A DNA stretch of 64,000 bases from Antedon mediterranea (taxonomy: Eukaryota > Animalia > Echinodermata): assembly GCF_964355755.1 (NCBI RefSeq), contig NC_092674.1:30008001-30072000 (forward strand), read 5' to 3'. The translations under genes were made by a program, and so were the position numbers. This document shows, piece after piece, positions 1 to 14,012 of this stretch. Position 1 is the stretch's first letter. The number at the start of each line of letters is the position of its first letter. The notes under the pieces were generated by a model, which worked only from the letters and a program-made list of their open reading frames with translations, did no database searches and was not told the origin of the DNA.

Positions 1-3000
1 TGCGATTGCCCAGTTCCATGCGCGTACACTTCGTTCACAACGTCAGTGACGTACGCTTCCATACCCAACCTATCAGTAGAGGATGAGCTATATGAATCTT
101 ACAATGATTCAAGTGCAGAAATATCGTAAGGCTGAGACTATTTTTAGTTAAGAGGGGAGGGGGTTCCTCATGCCCCTTCCGTCTGCATCTAATCAATCTA
201 CAAAATATGGACGGTCCATCATTTCCAATTTGGCAAGAAAATGATCGAATATTCAAAATCCACAAGTCTATTTATATAATTATTAAGAATAATCCTTCAT
301 TAGTGGTAAAGCCTTGTCTACACTATCAAACTTTATTTGAAAAAAAATGTATGGACATGATGATGTCATATCTCTATCATATTTGGGTATACCCTACTGG
401 GCTCGTCACACTTTTTATGTCAAACTAGTTTGATAGTGTAGACAGAGCTTTACATTTCATTTAAAAACAACTACTCGCATTTTTTATTTTCTGTAGAGAC
501 AATTCTGAAAACGTTACAACTATTTGTTTTGATAGGAAAAATTATATAATACTTGATGTATATTTTGAAGAGCTCAATTTACAAGTATATAAACAAACTC
601 CAGCCATGACGTCATCAGCTCTTCTTAGTAAGTACTTTTTATTTTAACCATTGAATAAAACAAATAATTTGTTTAAATATAGTCCGTACTTAAAAATGTC
701 CCAACTTCAAGTTCATGTGGTCATATAAAAACAATCGAATCTTTCTCCAAAATTGTAGTTAAAGCTTGTAAAAATGTAAATGTACACACATGGCGTTTCA
801 GGCCCGTATCCAGGGGGGGTGCGTTGGGTGCAGACGCACCCCCCCAAGTCCCAAAAGGTCCACTATTTCCTCGGTTGGTATTTTTTCTTGTCTTGTTTAA
901 CTAAAGACAATATCATTATATATATACAAAATTTACATTATCAATGGTATACAAACAAAAATATGCTAATATAAAATGAAAAAATACCGGTAATTAAATT
1001 ACGGAATCTGAACTGACTACAAACTCGATGTAAAACATGCGCAGTCGATCATGTGACGACAAGCAATAGCTTAGCGCTTCATGTACGCGGTACGCGGTAA
1101 AGTGTTTGCTGGAGAAATACCATGGATTAAAGAATAGAAGGATATGCATCGACGTGAGATCAAGGGTTCCTTGACTCTCGCCGACAGACCGCGGACCGCC
1201 CACAATGTTACAGTTTAATTAACCGCATGGTAACAACGAAACGGTCGCGTGCCTAATATATTGTTTACTGCACATGTGCAACGACATTTAACCGTGTTGA
1301 CTACGCTTCTTTCGCGCGTTCTTTGTTGCACTGTATGTATTCATACATATTTGAACAGTATAATCAGTGGCGTAACGGATATGTGCGCTCACTGGCTAAA
1401 CCGAAGCTTGGGGCCCATGAGCAGTGCCCAGAGGAACAGGCATAAAATATGTCGAAAATGCTAAAAACGTCCGAGGCCTCGATCTTTGAAACTTTTGGAG
1501 GGCCACTTAGGTTTCCTAAACAAGTGGCTTCAGGCCTCTGCCTCACGCCATTGAAAACAGTTATTAAATTACATTTTATGTTATTGTGAAGACCTTAGTG
1601 TAGGCCTACTTCATCAATATACCAGATAAAAACAATACTATATTGTTATTGGCTTAGAATTGTAGATGCTATAATTGTAATTAGTATAGGTTTCTGCCGC
1701 GATTGATCTACGCTAATGTTTTTAGGCCTATGACATTAAAGTAGCATTTTATGACCTGCAGTAGCCCTACATCTGAGACAATAACTATTTATTTGTTGTC
1801 TCAGCCTACATGTAAAATTACAAAATCAGCAATACTAGGCCTAGGCTTACTAGTAAACCATATGATTTGCCGACATTGATACTGCCTAGGTAGGCCTAGG
1901 CTAATCTGCGTCGCTAGTGGGAACACGAATCGCAACTATACATAGCCAGCCAATCCCGGATCAGGGATCGCTGTTTTCATTCAATTAGACCCGGTGATTG
2001 GATGTGATGTGGATGACATAACCACTAGCCAATCACCAGGCACTACAATTTAAATATAATCACATCGATAAATAAGGAGATTTATGAAGAAACCACTGCT
2101 TAGCCATATATATAAAACACGATTGTTGTATGGGTGAACACCGGCCACGCTAACAACATACATGGTCAAATGCATAATTTAATATTCTATAGATTAACGC
2201 AATTTTTAATGACAGAAGATGGCAGGCAAATAATGATAATTCAAATATAAAAATTGCATATTTTATTAATATTACCAACTACTTAAAATTACCAGTCGTA
2301 AGAAAGTGAACTTTTCGTAGTCCGATTGTGATGAAACTAAAACAGAATTATTCAGCAATATATTTTTGTTGTCAATTAATCATCGACGCAGACATGTCAA
2401 TAGAACATTCAGACTGCGCATACGATTTCTATATGCTTACGTTTTGGTCTCAAAAAATGTAACAGTTGATTCGAAGCGTTTTACAGAGGGCCGCGGTTAG
2501 AGACACGGAGTTCAATGAGCGTGTTTGTTTGATTGGCAGCAGTGCTTTAGTATAGGCAAGCGCGTTGTAAAATCGTTTGATGTCACCGTCGATGCATATC
2601 CTTCTATTCTTTAATCCATGGAAATACAGACAACTTAACGTCAGGGAACACGTGTACTTTTTGTCGGGGAATATAATATACAGTAAAAAGCGTTCGCGTT
2701 CACTTCGTAGCTAGCTTCAGCGCCTAGAAAACCGCGACGTTTCATTGACCGTGAGAGTACGTCAGAGTGATATTATGCACTTTATATGCATTCATTATTG
2801 CCAGCGATCTAACTTACTACTAAACAATAGCTAGGTACGCACTTGTCTGGCGGTATCCCTTTGTACGAATCGTTCAACGTTGGGTCGAGACGCGTGATAT
2901 CAAGTTTCATCCAGGGACCAAAATGTGTAATGTGTTATTTTCCAGGCAAAGTTTACCGACGGTTACGTCGTGTACTGCGTCGACGTACGCTACACTACAG

Positions 3001-4492
3001 CAAAAACGAATTATGTTAATTGTTCGTTTGTTCACCAATTTTTTAATTTACAAGTAACCTTCTGTACCGTGGGGCACCTAAAATAAATTTTTCATCCATT
3101 ACTAAACAAAAAAACATGCCATTTTCGCTTAGCCAACATTATAGCTATAGTTATTACATTTTCAATATCCTGTATGTCATGAATTTCTCACCACTCGGAA
3201 GTCCAGATGGTACGCGTGCATACACCTGGGAGGAATAAACTTTTTTCCCCGACTGAAAAAGGTCTACGCCTGCGTTTTTTAAGCCTCTAGGCCTGATGTT
3301 TCCAAAGTATAAAATGCAATTTTTTGAAGACCTGCAGCTCTAGTTTTAAACATTTTCTTAGCTCAGCCCCAACAATAAAGCTGGTCATATTTCGAAGAAC
3401 AAGAAGTACATTTTCCGTGACCTAACATCTCTATTTTTCAAACATTTCTTAGCTCAGTCACAGCCCATGATAGGGACTTATATATTTTTTTTCATGTTTT
3501 GAAGTATAATAAGTCCAATTTCCGGGACCTCCAACTCTATTTTTCAAAATTTTCTTTGAACTTTTATTTTTTAAATTGAAAAATATGGATTGAAACAGTC
3601 ATCGCGCATCGTTTTTTTTGCACGCAGTATTTTATTTATGCATTATAAAAAATGGAAAAAATGGCTACCCTAAATCTGATTTAAAAGACCTCAAATAACG
3701 CGTTGCTTCCGGGGGCTTCGCCCCCTGGACCCCCACTAGGGGCCCTTGGCGGCCCCTGGCCCTCAGCCTAGTGATGCTCGCATAGCCCCCTCGTCGGGGA
3801 ATGTAGCCCCCGCGTCGGGAAGATCCTGGCGCCACCCCTGCTGAGTTGGCCTCATCATGAAAGCGTTAAGTTCTGGTGTCCATCGTTCAACTAGCCCAAG
3901 CCACAACAGAGAGTCTTACATCAGTCTTTAGAACGTCAAATAACGCAAATTTTTCCAGGGCCTTCGGCCTCTGGACCCTGACCGGGGGCCCTTGGCGGCC
4001 CCCTGGCCCCCAGCCATTGTTGCTCGCTTCGCTCGCACCCCCCCCCCCCATTATAAATGCTGCATACGGGCCTGCGTTTCATACCTACAAAACTAAAATG
4101 AATACTAACAGCGTAAAAATAAGACTTGGCATACGTTTAGTCTATATTTATTCAGGAGATTTACCATAATAAGTTAAGAGCACGCTACTATTACATACAT
4201 AACACCAACACACTACATTAGAACAATGTATCAAACTTTCGTATTTCATAAATTTCATAATTAAATCCAGTTTATAAACTTTGTTTAAGGTGACATTGGA
4301 GGTCAGTTAGGACTTTTTATCGGAGGCAGCGTCATCACACTTTTCGAAGTGGGTCAGTACATTTTCATGAAGGGGCATGCTGTGTGCTGCAAGGGAAATA
4401 AGAAGAGGAGAAACCAACAGACAACAGTGGCAGTCGACAACAAAGGTAGTGCCTACGATGTAGCTGATGACGTCAAACTTGAAGTGCGATAA
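1..4492 (+). CDS. DEG/ENaC (ASIC-like) ion channel paralog A, 3' part only; exons 1-125 (5' truncated), 536-627, 4290-4492
   Basis: Manual translation gives CDCPVPCAYTSFTTSVTYASIP..., KNYIILDVYFEELNLQVYKQTPAMTSSALL, then S-DIGGQLGLFIGGSVITLFE (TM2 and selectivity filter), stop TAA at 4490-4492. GT-AG junctions are phase-compatible. The 92-nt penultimate exon matches paralog B in length. Confidence 0.93.
1121..2620. mobile_element. P-element-like non-autonomous transposon, 1.5 kb, nested
   Basis: Perfect 34-bp TIR CATGGATTAAAGAATAGAAGGATATGCATCGACG at both ends and 7-bp TSD GAAATAC (1114-1120, 2621-2627). CAT termini with 7-8 bp TSDs are typical of the P superfamily. Confidence 0.85.
2643..3840. 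mobile_element. hAT-like element fragment retaining only the right end (CTGGCGCCACCCCTG)
   Basis: Highly similar to 14403-15459. Its right end is the inverse complement of the left end at 14013 (CAGTGGTGGCGCCAG). Confidence 0.75.
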
Positions 4493-5162
4493 TAATTATA
4501 AAGCACCGGTACCCGTATGTACATTGAGGTTCCTCCCAAAGTTCTGTGTTCGATTCTCGTACGGTACTATGTATAGGGACAAGAAACTGCATCTACAGTT
4601 TCATGTCTCCTGACTACAAACTTTTTCCTACTCACTCACTATACATTGCCACTATTAAATTCAGCTAAAGTGGTTTTAGTTGTATGACAGTGGGTGCCGA
4701 CATTCCATCCTTGAACACTTACCAAAAAGAAATGAATTGGATGTCACATACTAAATTAATAAAATGCTAAACATTATTTCAATTAATCACAATAATATTT
4801 ACGTATTATCAATACTGTATAAAATATTAAAATTGTACAGTAATTATATAAATACAAATATGTACAATAATTTAACAAACTAAATGTTAGTAGTGAAATA
4901 GTAATCTAGGACTCATCTAGTTATTCGACAGGTTTTTGTACAATTGAATTATTTTATAGCTCGAAAATTGCTACATTACAGTAAAGAGGTTGGGTTCAGT
5001 TATTGCAATATATATATATATATATATACATCCCAGTACTGTTCTATAATCGTATAAATTCTATTTAGGCCTATTAAACAATACTTATAATACTAATACT
5101 AATTTTACGAAACGAGTTTTTCTTTTTTCTCATTTTTTTGTGTTTCTATTTATTTCTTAGGT

Positions 5163-8100
5163 TTACGTCCTGGAATTGAGTTCGTTTCCGTTTTCGTTTC
5201 TAGATTTATTGGTGCTTCGATTCCCTTTTTTGCTTTTCAAGAAAAACTTGAACTTTAAAGTGAAGTATTCCATAAATTCAATAATAGTAATGAAACTCAC
5301 ACCAACAAACAAACCCAACTGTCCACCTATATCGCCTGCAAAAGTCAAAATCATAAACATAAATAGTGGAAGACATTAGCTGGTAAATTGATTTTATTTA
5401 TAACAAATGTTTTAGTTTTCTTTTCTTTCATTGTTTTTGTGGTTCTTGTTGTTCAAATTGTGTATTTGCATGTGTGCCACTGTTTAAAAAAGTGTTGATC
5501 CAAATAATAATATTAACTAATATACAGACAAAATTACAGCAGCATTTTAAAGAAAATACAAACTTTTAACAATTAAAATAGTTTTTAAAAAGGCAAAGAG
5601 GAAAGATAAATTAAATAATATTTATTAATGTATTAACATTCTGTCAAGTTAAGCTAATTAAATTTGGTTTTTGTATTGTTTGGAAGATTTGTCTTGCCTT
5701 GGTTCCTTTTCCTTGTACCAGTTTCCATATTTTTGCTCAATTAAATTGTTATTCGACATTCTTCTTCCACTGAGAATGACATATTGTTAAGTTTGGATTT
5801 TCCGAATGATGAGAAAATTATGTTTTCCAATTAATTATGAGTGACTTACTCAATAATGCCGAGCTGGTCATGGCTTTGGTCTGGGTGAACACTTGTGTCG
5901 ACAGGTATGAGTAATACACATCCATCACAACCACATTATCTCTAGATATAGTAGAATGGTTAGTGGGTTAGAACTATAACTTATTTGATTGGAGGATTGT
6001 GAATCACATGATATTCAATAAACATACTATTGAACTCTTGTGTCAAAATATGTTACACAGTGAGCAATCGGTGAAAATGAAATTCAAACTTTCATCCATT
6101 TCATGAAATTATTCAACTCTTACATCATGCAAAGTACAGTGTTTTTTATGTTACACAATGAGCAATTGGTCAACAGCTCATGGAATTATTTGTACCATTG
6201 CACTCAAACATTCATTATTGACACCCATCTTACAATTTGTATATAACTATAACTATATAACCCAACTTGAACATACTGTTAAAGACCAAATGGTCGTATA
6301 GAGGGCGCCTGCATATTAAGCAGACTGCTACACGAGAGTTCGAACTTTGACTATTTATTGAGGTACAATTCACATTTATTTACTCATCCTTTATAAATAC
6401 AGTTTCATAGCATAAATGATGGCAAGGATCCTGCATAGAGAAGTTTACACTTCTGTTTTCGCAGGACCCTTTTACATAAAAAACATAAAACAATAAACAC
6501 AACATACAAAATAAAAAAAACATTTCCTATATACATTTTAGAGTTGTTCATCATCAAAAAGCGATAGTGTTTTCTAACATGATTATTTATACATTTTTTC
6601 TTAAAAAAGAAGATATTCAGTTTATTACTTCCAGTACATGTGGATTCTTTCTGTTAAAGACCAAGTGGTCGTATAAAGGGCGCCTGCATATCAAGCAGAC
6701 TGCTACACGAGAGTTTGAACTTTGACATTTCTCTTTCAATATTTGCCATTTCATTATTATTTCTGGGAAAAGAGTTTTCTCTCTTTACGTTTTCCCAAAA
6801 TTTGTGTTAAATTTAAAACATTTACTTTATAAATGCAGCTGTAGCGTTAAACTTCTCCTCTGTCTCCTTAGCTATGCTATAACTCGGGATACTTCCGTAC
6901 GACAGCTTAGTTGAATACGTTAAATCATTACATTCAATTGCACAGTCGCATTCAACTTCACCATTCGTTATGTCAACTGAAATCAAAATGATTGTAGGCC
7001 TAATTATATTAATAAAACTATTATTTTGAAACGGAATGTTTGAATGAAAAGAGGGTAAAGCTGTGTGATTTGTTTCTTCATATATTGACCGGTTCCCAGT
7101 GCTGTATCTCCACCATAGTCAACAGAAAGTATCCATTTCTATCGACTAGTCGCCACATACTACAATATTTTTGCTCAGTATCATTGGAATATTCATCTTG
7201 CTTGGTACCGACTAGGCTTTTGAATGTTTTGTTTTGGCGTCGACACAAGCTTTTGCTTTTTTGACGCCACCATTTTGGAAATAAATGTTGATTTTGATTG
7301 ATTGATTGATGCAACGCAAGAACGTAAGTGTTTTATCAATCACAGACGATGAATTATTCGAACTGATTGGTCAATTCGCTTTCGTTGCGATTTACGCCCT
7401 TGCGTTGCGTCCTAGTGGGAGAATCTAGCTTTAAGATCGTATTCATTCTAATTGTTGTATTGTGGCAGTACACTATAAACTATACGCCAATTGTACTACA
7501 GTATTATCAAAACATTAGGAACTTACTGAACACTTCGTTTAAGCATTTTAAGTCTTTTTCTTCTAGGCCACATATACGGAATGGACCTAAGAGACTTTAG
7601 GGAAAAAAAAAAAAAATTGTAAATATAATTATGATATAATAGAAGTATCTTAAACGGAGCAATTAATCACGTTGACCTACAACAATAGATTCGTTGTTCG
7701 TTTTTGTTTATATAGGCAAATTGTGCTCTAAATATTTTAGATGCAAAACTTGGATTTAAGGAGTTACAACGAGTTTAGGCCTATATCTGAAGTCTCTGTC
7801 TACACTATTAAACTATATTTTGACACAAAAAAAGTGTGATGTGCCCAAATATGGTAGTAATATGATTATATTATTTTTTTTTTATTAATATTAAATATAA
7901 TAGTGCTTTGACATCATCATGTCCAAGCACATCACATAAAGTTTGATAGTATGTAGACAGAGCTATTTAGTTATTTATCATTTACAGCGAAAACTTATCC
8001 TATTTCTTACCTGTCAGGTCTACATTCACATCTTTTTACATGAAGTTTCAGTAGACATTCATTTATACAATTATCGTACGAGTACGTGTCATAGTATTCT

Positions 8101-11100
8101 AAGGTCTGGCCTTCTTTACATTCTCCCCACGGCTCTTCAAGATTTTTGAACTATTAAAGAAGCAGAAACGGTTACAGAATGTAGGCCTACTAAACCCCTG
8201 TGCTCATGATTACAAGTTTTTTTTTTACAGTTACTCTACAGCTCACTAGGTCGGTCGGTCGGTAAACACTTTTTTCTTAACTGGCTATCCGTCACAAGTT
8301 TTTTTTAGGGAGACTCATTCCATTATGATCATATTTTGATATCATTTTCAACATTTTAAAAATGTTTTTACTACAATGTCCACAAATCAGCTTACAGAAC
8401 TTACTTGCGATTTCTAGTATTGTTGATCTGTTATCTTGTGTTTTTCTGCTTTTAATGCTTAATAATCATAATGATGTTTTGTACCATTTTGTTGCCATGT
8501 TCCTGCTTGTTTATTGTTATTAAAATTGATTTTGACCAAATAAATGAATAAATGGAATCAGATCGCCGACAGCAATTACTGTATTACCATATAACGAAGA
8601 TGGATTGAATCTAATTACAAGGAAAGATTGTGTGAAAGAATCATGATGCGACTCGCGAGCGGCTGGAGGAAGTGCCTCTCAACCACCGTAAAAACGCAAT
8701 AGGAGTAGGCCTAGAAGCCAATATTACCTTAGTTACAGATATATCGGTATACGCATGCATGCCCGTACCAATAGCAAAGCCGGAACCGTATACGAGAGGA
8801 GGCGTATTCTGTGGATGCACCATCACCCGTAAACCAGCATCCATGCTAAGATAACCAAAACCAAAATGTTCCGTATAGTCTTCCTAAAACAATAAATAAT
8901 TTCAGTTGGGCGAAAGAAATTATATTTATTGGAAAAAGTATGTTGATTTGTCCAACATGGAGGAATTTGTCCTCCACGGTTCAGACGAGTCGAGTGGTTG
9001 AGGGTTGGAGACTCTTTTGAGCATAGTTTGGTGGTGTAAGTCTTCATCTTTCGCAATCGGATCGTCGGTACAGTCATTCTGGGGCCTGCTGTTTTTATAG
9101 GTCACTTAGCTCACATGATAACTACCCATCGGAAACGAATACCGCAAATGCAGCCGATTATTGGTGCTGTATCTATTTCAGAAGTATGGGATATTTGGTA
9201 ATACAACATCACATGTGTTTCACATGTATCTAGAGTAACCTCGTGATACAGGCACCACATGTGATATGAGATGCTGTATTACTAAATATTTCTATGATAC
9301 TTCTGAAATAAATGTGGAGATACAGCAATCGGGTGGCAAATAAGAGATTGAGAGAGAATTTGTTTATGCATCATTAAAGTGGGGTAAAATTGTGTTCTTG
9401 AAATCTTACCTGATCTACGTTAATTACGACATGTAACCCATTGCCAAATCCAGGTTGTATCTGATAGACGGCACTTTCACTGTCCCCATTAAAGGTCCAA
9501 CATCTACCATACTCGGTTACCACGCTTGTGAAATTCTTTTTAAATGGTTAAACATGAATAAGTATTTGTTTTTTCTAATCGTTAGTACAAGATTTTAAAT
9601 TAAATTGTAGTAGCTAATACTAAACGCCATTATGAAATCGACGAGTATTCGTGTATTTTCATTTATTTTCAGAGTTACTGTAAGCCATGTTTTCCAGTAA
9701 CGAATATATTCGCGAGAATCTAACATTTCTGAGTTATGATTGGTTGCGCATTTTCAGATCTCAAAATGAAATTAAAATATTAAAACGCATGCGCACACTT
9801 TCGATTCGCGAATAAATTCATCCAATGGAAAACCACTATTAGTTCCATAGAACAGAAGACGACACTGTTTTTTTTTTAATAATTGAAAATATATAAAAAT
9901 GGACAATAAGATATTACAATTTTTTTATTCGTGAGATATTCGAATGAAAAAGAAGCTTTTTAAAGATTCAAGTTGCAGTTTTAAATTCCATAACCCGGTT
10001 CTGGGTATTTTGACGAAACTCACCTGAACACCGCATGCCTGATGTCTGAAATTACAAGTCCACAACGTATTCGCATCCAAATCAAAACCAGCTCTGTTTG
10101 TGAATTCTGACGAATTGAATGGAGCCTTAAGCTCTTCTTTACAAACTTTATACTCGTTGTCAGCTAAACATGTTAAATAGCTAAATTCGTCTTCGGTTAT
10201 CTGTGACAATCGGTACCTGTCGAGAAAATGTCATAGATCATAGTTTACTAATATAAATGCAATCCAAGAATAAAGATGGTATATGCCACTTTCGGCTTCT
10301 TTCTGGCAGGGTAGACGTCATTCATTCACGTCCAGTATCACGTAAACACAGCAGCTATCCCGATGATACCAGTATTGTTGAAAGGTAGGTTATTGTACTG
10401 CTACAAATTAACAGTGCCTTACACAAAAAAATACAAAAACTTTTGCAATATTGAAAGGGAAAAACGAATCTGTAAAATTTGCAAATGTAACGAGGTTGAA
10501 AATGAATATCCCTTTAGTATGTCCATACTATACAACGAAATTAGACATTCCTTTTTAAAATCTTATTATTTTAATCGACCAACAAATAAAAAGTTTATTT
10601 TACTAATGAAAAATAAAACCTAACCTGGTAAGATTTGCCTTTTTCACATATAAAAGGAGAAATTATTTTGCTGTTACTACTACAGTACTTACATTTATAA
10701 TTGTATTATTTTCTATTATTTTATTTGGGGCAGTGGCCTACATACTTTTGAATAAATAAATGAATGAAGTACAATACAGATATATTATGCATATAATTAT
10801 GTACACTTGTTTGTTAGCCTTGTTTGGTAATGTATAAGGCCACTCCTTGACTTACTGATGTTGTTCTAGTAACAGAACTACTCCTTTTCTTTTCGACAGG
10901 GTTTTCACCACATTCGAACAATTTCATTCTCCTGTTATTTTGCTTTCATAAGTGTGCACATTAAAACTCAAAATAAAGATTGGTTCCCACTCGAACGCAA
11001 CGCAAGGACGTAAGCCGCAACGCAAGCGAATTGACCAATCTAAGCGATGAATTATTCGAACCGTTCCTTGTGATTGTGGTCAATTCGCTTGCGTTACGGC

Positions 11101-13476
11101 TTACGTACTTGCGTTACGGCTTACGTCCTTGCGTTACGGCTTACGTACTTGCGTTACGGCTTACGTACTTGCGTTGCATTCTAGTGAGAACCAAGCTTTA
11201 AAAAATAAAAACACATTATCGTACCTGTTGAAGTTACATATGGTAACAGCAGGAAATGTCAGATTATTTGAGAATTTCACGGTAATTTCCGTGTTCACAT
11301 TATACTCAAAATAGTTAGAGATTCTTTTCTGAACTTCCCAAGAACAGAATCCAACAGAAGCTACTATGATGACAACCCATAGCATCTTATAGCTGCGAGG
11401 TCTTTCCTCCACTAAACGCTGTACCCCGTGCATCGTAGTTTTACTTGCAAAGTCAACGTCGAGGTCATCTTCAACCATGACTGCTGATGTATCTCTAAAT
11501 AATAGAATAATATTGAATTCATAGAAGATATTACACTACCATCGATAGAAGATATTACACTACCATCGATAGAAGATATTACACTACCATCGATAGAAGA
11601 TATTACACTACCATCGATAGAAGATATTACACTACCATCGATAGAAGATATTACACTACCATCGATAGAAGATATTACACTACCATCGATTAAATATAGC
11701 TTCTAGATAAGCCAAGTACAGGTCTCTATATCTATGTTTAGATGATCCTATAGTACGAAACACTATGTCGGTCGATCGGTCGGTAAACACTAACTTAAAT
11801 TTGCTCACGCGACTGCAGCCATGTGTATAGCCTTGTTTACAGATTTTGTTACCAGATTATATTTATCTACATATAATTATATATAAATCCAAAGGCAAAT
11901 TACTGAAAAAAATGACAATGCTGTGGGTATCAGTGGCTGGATCTCAATGGAGATACAAAAATAAAAAGCGAAAAGCTAAATCAAAACGATAAAGTAAACA
12001 GCCAGAAAAGTTAGCAGAGCTATATATATATATATGTAATTGTTATATTTTGCAATAATGTACACTAATTTGTTACTGAACTATGGAGAATTTTTTTTTT
12101 TCCGAAATAAAAGATGAATGAATGAATGAATAGCCTGGTTTTATAGGCACTCATCTGAATAGATATGTGAAAATCAGATCTAAAATGGTAAATAACAATA
12201 AGATATCGGGAATAATAAATTATTGATTTTATAACTATCAGTGGCACATTAATCATACATCATACAATGTGATAAGCTCGTAAACAATGATACTCTAAAA
12301 TACTGTAGGCCATGATATTGATCATGATCTAAGGGCCTCCGTAGAATCTTTAAATTAAAATAAAACATACCGGGTCAAATATTGTTTTCTTCCAAATAAA
12401 ACAGAAACGTAATAATATTAAGGTAGATAGGCTTATATTTTCACCATCAACGGCTAACTAACCTTTGAAATCTACCGACTTAGTCTTGATTTAATGAAAA
12501 ACTACTCACAGTATATATAGGCCTACAGTAATAACTAACGAAAGTACATATATCCTGATCACTGTTACAAATCAATCCACTATTTGACATAGAATAATGG
12601 CTGCTTCTGCCTAGGCTAATACAGGCTATTAGCCTATACACTATAGATGATTGTATTGAGTTTACTTATAATAGATTGTTGTTTGATTCTGCACGCCGCA
12701 CTAAGTTTTCTCAAAAGGTAAGAACGTTCCATTTATACCTTTAGGTAAAACACGTTCTTCTTTATCTCTTATACAACTAAAATCTATAAATATAAAATCT
12801 ACTTTATATATTTAATTGCTACACAACACGGAACATTGTATGGAGCTAGCGGTATAAACTAAAATATGATGGTGCTCATTAAATTTTAATTGTATAAAGT
12901 GCAATGTCTGAAAGAAAAAAATTATCAAATTTACCACACGATCTTTAACTATTAAATTAGTTCATTGAACCATCAAAACGGGTTTTTATTTATGCTGACA
13001 CATTGTAACTACAATTACCATCCTAAAAAGCTCTGTCTACACTATCTAACTTTTATGTGCAAAAAAAGTGATGTGCTCATATATGGACATGATGATGTCA
13101 TATCACTATCATATTTAAGCATATCACTACCATATTTGGGCACACACACTATTTTTGTCAAACTAATTTGAGAGTGTAGACAAAGCTGTATTTTGTTCGT
13201 AAATACTCAACATTTTACAACATAATTCACAACTTTCACAACATCAGATCATATGCAGCAAGAATATGACACAAGCTTAGGCGTCGTTCATAATCTCAAT
13301 ACAGTAATTATTAAATAAGATATTGAAACAGCAAATTAAAAGACGTACCTTTCCATTAGAACAGAAGCTTTACTTGTTGTAGACCCACTTTGTGATGATG
13401 TCTTCAAATCATTACGACGACTAGCCGTGTTATCTTCATCCACATCGATTGGATGTACATTTGATTTTTTCGTCAT
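5163..13476 (-). CDS. DEG/ENaC (ASIC-like) ion channel paralog B, complete, about 498 aa; exons 13349-13476, 11225-11494, 10024-10216, 9410-9535, 8728-8883, 8011-8150, 7527-7594, 6826-6976, 5850-5941, 5163-5335
   Basis: Has the HG motif (FASKTTMHGV), TM1, FPAVTICNFN, YGRCWTFN, GNGLHVVINVDQEDY, DAGLRVMVH, a Cys-rich thumb (PWGEC...CINEC...CECRP...CDCAIEC) and SDIGGQLGLFVGVS. The ten exons sum to 1497 nt, a multiple of 3, with consistent phases. Confidence 0.93.
6276..6727. repeat. About 76-bp direct repeats flanking a ~300-bp insert resembling an antisense retroelement 3' tail
   Basis: ctgttaaagaccaa.tggtcgtata.agggcgcctgcat...aactttgac occurs at about 6276-6351 and 6651-6726. The insert contains stem-loop aaggatcctgc...gcaggaccctt and A-rich sequence. 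Confidence 0.6.
10977..11198. mobile_element. Second Harbinger-like MITE family (AGCTTGGTTCTCACTAGAA/CGCAACGCAAG) with internal 20-bp repeats
   Basis: Inverted termini and internal ttgcgttacggcttacgtac about 4 times. Related copies at about 7310-7430 and 49280-49441. Confidence 0.7.
11521..11690. repeat. 24-bp minisatellite x7 (ATAGAAGATATTACACTACCATCG)
   Basis: Perfect tandem copies next to the acceptor of DEG/ENaC-B exon 2. Confidence 0.95.
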
Positions 13477-14012
13477 TCTAAAGTTTATTTGGCAGTCGAT
13501 TGAAAAAAGGGTAACTATCCAGCCGCATCGCTTGTGATTTAAAGAAGATGCAACCAGAAACTGATTACTTATATACCTATTTGTACTGTATTGATTATGT
13601 GATTAATCAATATAACGCTTATTAAATTATATTATTTCTTACAATTAGCGATGCCAAATAAAGTACATGTCAGTATATCATCAAGATAAACAATTCTTTG
13701 TTTATAAAGTCAGCCATGCCAAATAAAGCAGGCATATTACTTCTCAGTACATCATGAGCTATTAGAAAATTCTCTGTTTATAAAGATATATATTTTAATA
13801 CATTTTCATGAAGACGTCTTCAGAGGACAATTCTTTGATTAAAGGACAATCTGGGTATATAATATCGATAGAATGATGAGAAAGCTCTGTCTACACTATC
13901 AAACTTTATGTGACAAAAACTAAGACGTGCTCATTATGGACATGATGATGTCATATCATATCTAGTGGCACATCGCACTTTTTTTAATCAATAGTTTGAT
14001 AGTGTAGACAGA

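Larger units (their letters stand above)
799..4074. mobile_element. Non-autonomous TIR DNA transposon (CAGGCCCGTAT...ATACGGGCCTG) hosting nested elements
   Basis: Perfect 11-bp terminal inverted repeats flanked by direct repeat CGTTT (5-bp TSD, or 7-bp GCGTTTC if the termini are taken one base inward). Lies in the last intron of DEG/ENaC-A. No transposase ORF. Confidence 0.8.

Noticed and set aside
6292-6312. CTCF-like word gtcgtatagagggcgcc (also at about 6668)
   Set aside because: It lies within a duplicated repeat-like segment and lacks the CC core start, so support is insufficient.
7078-7314. Minus-strand ORF inside DEG/ENaC-B as a possible extra exon
   Set aside because: The channel is complete and in frame using exon 7527-7594. 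This ORF has no DEG/ENaC motif and its obvious acceptor gives a stop in the required phase.
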